Assembly: GCA_045630515.1 (NCBI GenBank) | Contig: JAZQTG010000076.1 | Span: forward strand, 354,299-418,298 | Direction: 5' to 3' | DNA from: Acutalibacteraceae bacterium | Lineage (GTDB): Bacteria; Bacillota; Clostridia; Oscillospirales; Acutalibacteraceae | DNA: 64,000 nt | In this document: positions 60,241 through 64,000 of the stretch, piece after piece | How the letters are laid out: each line of letters begins with the position of its first letter | How positions within the stretch are numbered: position 1 is the first letter of the stretch | Made by a program: the position numbers and the translations under genes | The notes under the pieces: model-generated | Told to the model about the DNA's origin: nothing | What the model saw: the letters and a program-made list of their open reading frames with translations, nothing else | The model's database searches: none

Positions 60241-61090
60241 TTTTGTTTTTTCTCCTCCTAAATTTAAAGACTTCCTTTTGATTTATTTGCGCACCAATAA
60301 AGAAGATATACATAAGTATATAAAGCCAAATCATTAAAAGCACAATAGCCGTAAGACTACCATAGACGTAAGAAACGTTTGAAAAGTTCTCAATATAAAC
60401 AGAATATCCAAAAGAAAAGCCGTACCAGCAGGTAGCAGATATTACCGCACCCGGTAACTCCTTAATAAAATTAGAACGCCTGTTTGGTATAAAAGTATAC
60501 ATTAAATCTATAAATAGAAGAATAACCAGGTATGTTACAATTCCCCTTACTATATCAATTATATTACTAAACTCACTTAAAAAAGGTAATTTTACATAAA
60601 TTAGTGCTAAAATACCGCCACCAAAAACCATTAAAACAAGTAATACCAGCAACGATAAAACAAACAAAATCGTATACAAAAGAGAAAGTCCGCGCAAGAG
60701 AAAATATCCTCGCGTTTCTGAGTGTCCATAAATTGCATTAAGTCCGCGAGTTATGGAATAAATGCTTGCCGATGCTGACCATAAAAGAGTTAAAGCAGAG
60801 ATAGATAACGCCAAGCTTCCCGACCTTGCATATACCTCTCTAATAGCAGTATTTAAAGTGTTATTTGCAGTGCCGAGCGGTATACCCGCGACCAACTCTA
60901 AAACCTCATTTTCAGAAAAAGGCATATATTTTACAGATGCCAATAAAAGCATTAATAGCGGAAAAAAGGATATAATTATAAAGAGGGCTGAATGGCCTGC
61001 AAATGCATAAACCGAATTTTGCGAAGCGCATGACAATACTTCTTTTATGGTATGGTAGCATTTTATTATTTTTTCTTTCACGCTAATCAC
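60233..61090 (-). CDS. YihY/BrkB family membrane protein
   Basis: Six-TM protein whose layout and motifs (FAGHSALFIIISFFPLL, YGSLTAIVLLMIWLY) are typical of YihY. Confidence 0.75.
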   Translation of the reverse strand: MISVKEKIIKCYHTIKEVLSCASQNSVYAFAGHSALFIIISFFPLLMLLLASVKYMPFSENEVLELVAGIPLGTANNTLNTAIREVYARSGSLALSISALTLLWSASASIYSITRGLNAIYGHSETRGYFLLRGLSLLYTILFVLSLLVLLVLMVFGGGILALIYVKLPFLSEFSNIIDIVRGIVTYLVILLFIDLMYTFIPNRRSNFIKELPGAVISATCWYGFSFGYSVYIENFSNVSYVYGSLTAIVLLMIWLYILMYIFFIGAQINQKEVFKFRRRKNKNG

Positions 61091-61226
61091 CTTTTTTATT
61101 ATAACTTATATAATGTTTTTTATCAATCGTTTTTATTCTTTACCGTATCTAAAGTTATGTAATTATATTGAAATTCGGTGTGTTTTATGTTAAAATATCA
61201 GTAACAAAATTAAGGGGGTCTTTTTT

Positions 61227-62165
61227 ATGCCTTATGCAATTATAGCTTTAGTTCTTATTATTCTTTTTTGTAACATCCGCATTGTACCACAAGCAACCGA
61301 ATATGTTATTGAGAGGCTTGGTAAATATCAAAAAACTTGGAGTGCCGGCATACACGTTAAAATACCTTTAATAGATAAAATGGCACAGAAAATCACATTA
61401 AAAGAACAGGTAATAGATTCACCACCACAACCAGTTATTACTAAAGATAACGTTACTATGCAGATAGATACCGTTGTGTTCTTCAGAATTTTTGATGCGA
61501 AAACCTACACCTACGGTGTTGTTAATCCTATAAATGCGTTATCTAATCTTACCGCTACTACCCTTCGTAATATAGTTGGTGAATTAGAACTTGACGCTAC
61601 ACTAACCTCTCGTGATATGATTAACAATCGTATGACCGCGATACTTGACGAGGCCACAGACCAATGGGGTATCAAGGTTAGCCGCGTAGAACTTAAAAAC
61701 ATTATTCCGCCCTCTGAAATTCAGAATGCGATGGAAAAACAAATGAAGGCAGAGCGCGACCGCCGTGAAACGTTATTACAAGCAGAGGGGCACAAGGCTG
61801 CCGCAATAACACGCGCCGAGGGTGATAAGCAGGCTATGATTCTTGCCGCTGAGGGTGAACGCGATGCCCAAATTGCCAGAGCCGAAGGTGAAGCAAAAGC
61901 AATCTTCTTAGCAAAACAAGCAGAGGCAGACGGCTTAAAACTCTTAAAAGAAGCAGGCGTTGATGCCGCAGTTATTGAACTTAAAAAATACGAAGCACTC
62001 GTAGAGATGGCAAACGGTACCGCATCAAAATTAATTATCCCTACAGATGCAGTAAACGCCGTTACCAACAACACAATCTTTTCAGAAACAACAGGTCTTG
62101 GCAATACAACATCTGCCTCACCTAAAAAGGCAAAAGAGAAAAAAGACGACCCATGTTGCGAATAA
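61227..62165 (+). CDS. SPFH/band-7 (stomatin-like) protein
   Basis: N-terminal TM helix, SPFH core (IVPQATEYVIERLGKY...ITKDNV...VVFFRI), and an Ala/Glu-rich coiled coil. Confidence 0.9.
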   Translation: MPYAIIALVLIILFCNIRIVPQATEYVIERLGKYQKTWSAGIHVKIPLIDKMAQKITLKEQVIDSPPQPVITKDNVTMQIDTVVFFRIFDAKTYTYGVVNPINALSNLTATTLRNIVGELELDATLTSRDMINNRMTAILDEATDQWGIKVSRVELKNIIPPSEIQNAMEKQMKAERDRRETLLQAEGHKAAAITRAEGDKQAMILAAEGERDAQIARAEGEAKAIFLAKQAEADGLKLLKEAGVDAAVIELKKYEALVEMANGTASKLIIPTDAVNAVTNNTIFSETTGLGNTTSASPKKAKEKKDDPCCE

Positions 62166-62184
62166 CATTATAAATAACTAAATA

Positions 62185-62226
62185 AAAACCAACTAAGTTT
62201 GCAAAATGCTCTTAGTTGGTTTTTTG
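62185..62226. terminator. Bidirectional terminator
   Basis: aaaaccaactaag / cttagttggtttt hairpin. Confidence 0.75.
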
Positions 62227-62237
62227 TTTTAAAGTTA

Positions 62238-64000
62238 TTAAATTTGGAACTCACCGCTTAAACGAATGTCTTTTGAAGAAGAACCTACAAAGACAGTAAA
62301 CATACCTTTTTCAAGTTTCCAATCGTCCCTAATTTCATCAAAGAACGAAAGGTCTTGCTTACTTATATCTAAGGTTATTTTTACACTTTCATTAGGTTTT
62401 AGCTGGACCTTTTTAAAGTTCCTCATTTCCTTTGGCGGACGGCTTACACTACATACTGGGTCACCAATATAAACCTGTGCTATTTCTTTTGCAGTTACAT
62501 TACCAATATTCTTTACTACAAATGATACAACCGCACTATCTTCTTTTGCGATAACGGACAAATTGGAATATTCAAACGAACTATAAGAAAGTCCGTGTCC
62601 GAACGGGAACATTGGCTCAATATTATCGTTATCGTATGCGCGGTATCCAACCAAAATATCCTCGTTATATTTACAGTTACCAGCTTTATATTCGCCATAT
62701 CTTGCCACAGGTGTATCGGCATAGTCTTTTGGAAGAGTGAAAGGCATCTTACCTGATGGGCAAATATCTCCAGTTAGTATATCGCCCAGTACGTTTCCGC
62801 CTTCCATTCCTGCATACCAAGTCCAAATTACCGCATTTGCTTTATCTATCCACGGCATAGCAACAGGAGAGCCTGCAGTTATTGTTACTATTGTGTTTGG
62901 GTTTGCATCTATTAACTTTGGAATGATTGCATCTTGCCCCGAAGGTAGCATCATATCCGGTTTATCACATGACTCGGTATCATAGCTATGGTCAAGGCCG
63001 CCACAATAAATAACGTAATCGGCGTCTGCTACTTTCTCTAACAGTTTGGCTTCAGAATTTGAGCCTTCAAAATCTTTTTGTATTAGCCACTCTACCGAGA
63101 AATCCAATTTCCTATGCTCGCCTTTTTGGGCGCGGCAACTAAATGAAACGATTTGACCTTTTTTGCAATCAATACTACATTCCCCTACCGTTTCTGCGCC
63201 ATCCGGATTGTAGCCAAGTGTTAGAGTTTTGCTTCTGTTTGCCGTTATTTTTGCACTTCCTGTTGTAGCAAACTTAAATGAATAAGTACCATCTTTAGGT
63301 ATGCAAACCGATAGTTCTAATTCGTAAAAATCACACTCGCCACCCTTAATACTTGCGGTGTTTGAAATTATCGTTTCTGCTTTTCCGTTTTGATAACTTG
63401 TTATTTTACAACCTCGGCAACCTGCTTGCTGATCGGCAATGTTCATATCCTGCATTGGTATTGCACTATACTGCAAACCAAAAGCTCCGCTTTCGTACTC
63501 TATTTCACAACTATCACCCAATCGGTTTTTAATACCCTCAAGCAAGGTTACCTCGTAAAGTGCATTTATACCACTGCTACATCCGCCACGTGAGTGCTTA
63601 ACATCTGCATTTGGGCCAATAACAAGTATCTTTTTAATTTTAGTTTTATCAAGCGGCAATAAATTGTTCTCGTTCTTTAGCAGAACCATTCCCTCAGCGG
63701 CAATATCGTATGCAACCTGCTGATGTTCTTTTGTATTAAACTCACCTTTTTTCCTTTCTGGACTCATTTTGTTTATGCTGAACATTAGCCTTAAAATACG
63801 CCTAACCTTATCGTCTAGTAAATCGCGTACTTCTTGGCTATTTTTTGCTTTTTCTAAAAATGCATCTGCCAAATAATACTCGTTATATGGCTTGCCTGTG
63901 CCCATTTCTATATCCATACCATTTGCGATTGCTTCATCCGTATCGTGAACGCCTGCCCAATCGCTCAAAAATACACCTTTAAATCCCCATTTATCTTTTA
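62238..64000 (-). CDS. Glycoside hydrolase family 3 beta-glucosidase-like protein (5' end outside the window)
   Basis: Contains the GH3 nucleophile region SDWAGVHDT, the alpha/beta sandwich domain, an inserted PA14-like segment and a C-terminal Fn3-like domain (AQVYIGDP...FKKVQLKPNES). The frame is open to the window edge. Confidence 0.85.
   Translation of the reverse strand, partial: KDKWGFKGVFLSDWAGVHDTDEAIANGMDIEMGTGKPYNEYYLADAFLEKAKNSQEVRDLLDDKVRRILRLMFSINKMSPERKKGEFNTKEHQQVAYDIAAEGMVLLKNENNLLPLDKTKIKKILVIGPNADVKHSRGGCSSGINALYEVTLLEGIKNRLGDSCEIEYESGAFGLQYSAIPMQDMNIADQQAGCRGCKITSYQNGKAETIISNTASIKGGECDFYELELSVCIPKDGTYSFKFATTGSAKITANRSKTLTLGYNPDGAETVGECSIDCKKGQIVSFSCRAQKGEHRKLDFSVEWLIQKDFEGSNSEAKLLEKVADADYVIYCGGLDHSYDTESCDKPDMMLPSGQDAIIPKLIDANPNTIVTITAGSPVAMPWIDKANAVIWTWYAGMEGGNVLGDILTGDICPSGKMPFTLPKDYADTPVARYGEYKAGNCKYNEDILVGYRAYDNDNIEPMFPFGHGLSYSSFEYSNLSVIAKEDSAVVSFVVKNIGNVTAKEIAQVYIGDPVCSVSRPPKEMRNFKKVQLKPNESVKITLDISKQDLSFFDEIRDDWKLEKGMFTVFVGSSSKDIRLSGEFQI

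Overview
Low-GC Firmicutes chromosome, probably a spore-forming member of the Clostridia (inferred from yabP-yabQ-divIC-yabR, tepA-ylzJ-ftsK/spoIIIE, a CIRCE-controlled groESL and recJ-relA-dtd-MBL-hemZ synteny). Most of the window is tightly packed core genome: DNA repair (ogg, ung), yhaM, a perR-rubrerythrin pair, mscL, comEB, rpmB, smpB and tmRNA, ddh, ygiQ, ftsK, groESL, hbs, mtnN, relA, recJ, metK, ribU, gpsA, der, rpmF and yceD. It also holds two tRNAs, one tmRNA and three recognisable riboswitches: SAM-I before metK, FMN before an ECF RibU-like gene, and lysine before an NhaC-family transporter. I saw no CRISPR array, transposase, integrase or prophage genes. The clearly accessory part is about 19.4-26.6 kb. 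There, a four-gene minus-strand operon encodes a distant peptidase-U32-like protein followed by three tandem, diverged paralogs of cytoplasmic QueG/reductive-dehalogenase-like Fe-S proteins. An AraC-family regulator is transcribed divergently from this operon, followed by a signal-less right-handed beta-helix (GH28-like) protein; an orphan XRE repressor lies downstream. I consider this the best candidate for an undescribed anaerobic redox or catabolic system. Secondary curiosities: a tRNA-Gln-adjacent polypurine/polypyrimidine inverted repeat followed by a translationally coupled four-helix-bundle plus GNAT gene pair; a 340-nt structured non-coding region between rpmF and the DUF512-der-gpsA operon with mutually exclusive pairings; and an orphan class-I fumarate hydratase alpha subunit. 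All assignments come from reading motifs in the supplied translations and DNA. No database search was run.
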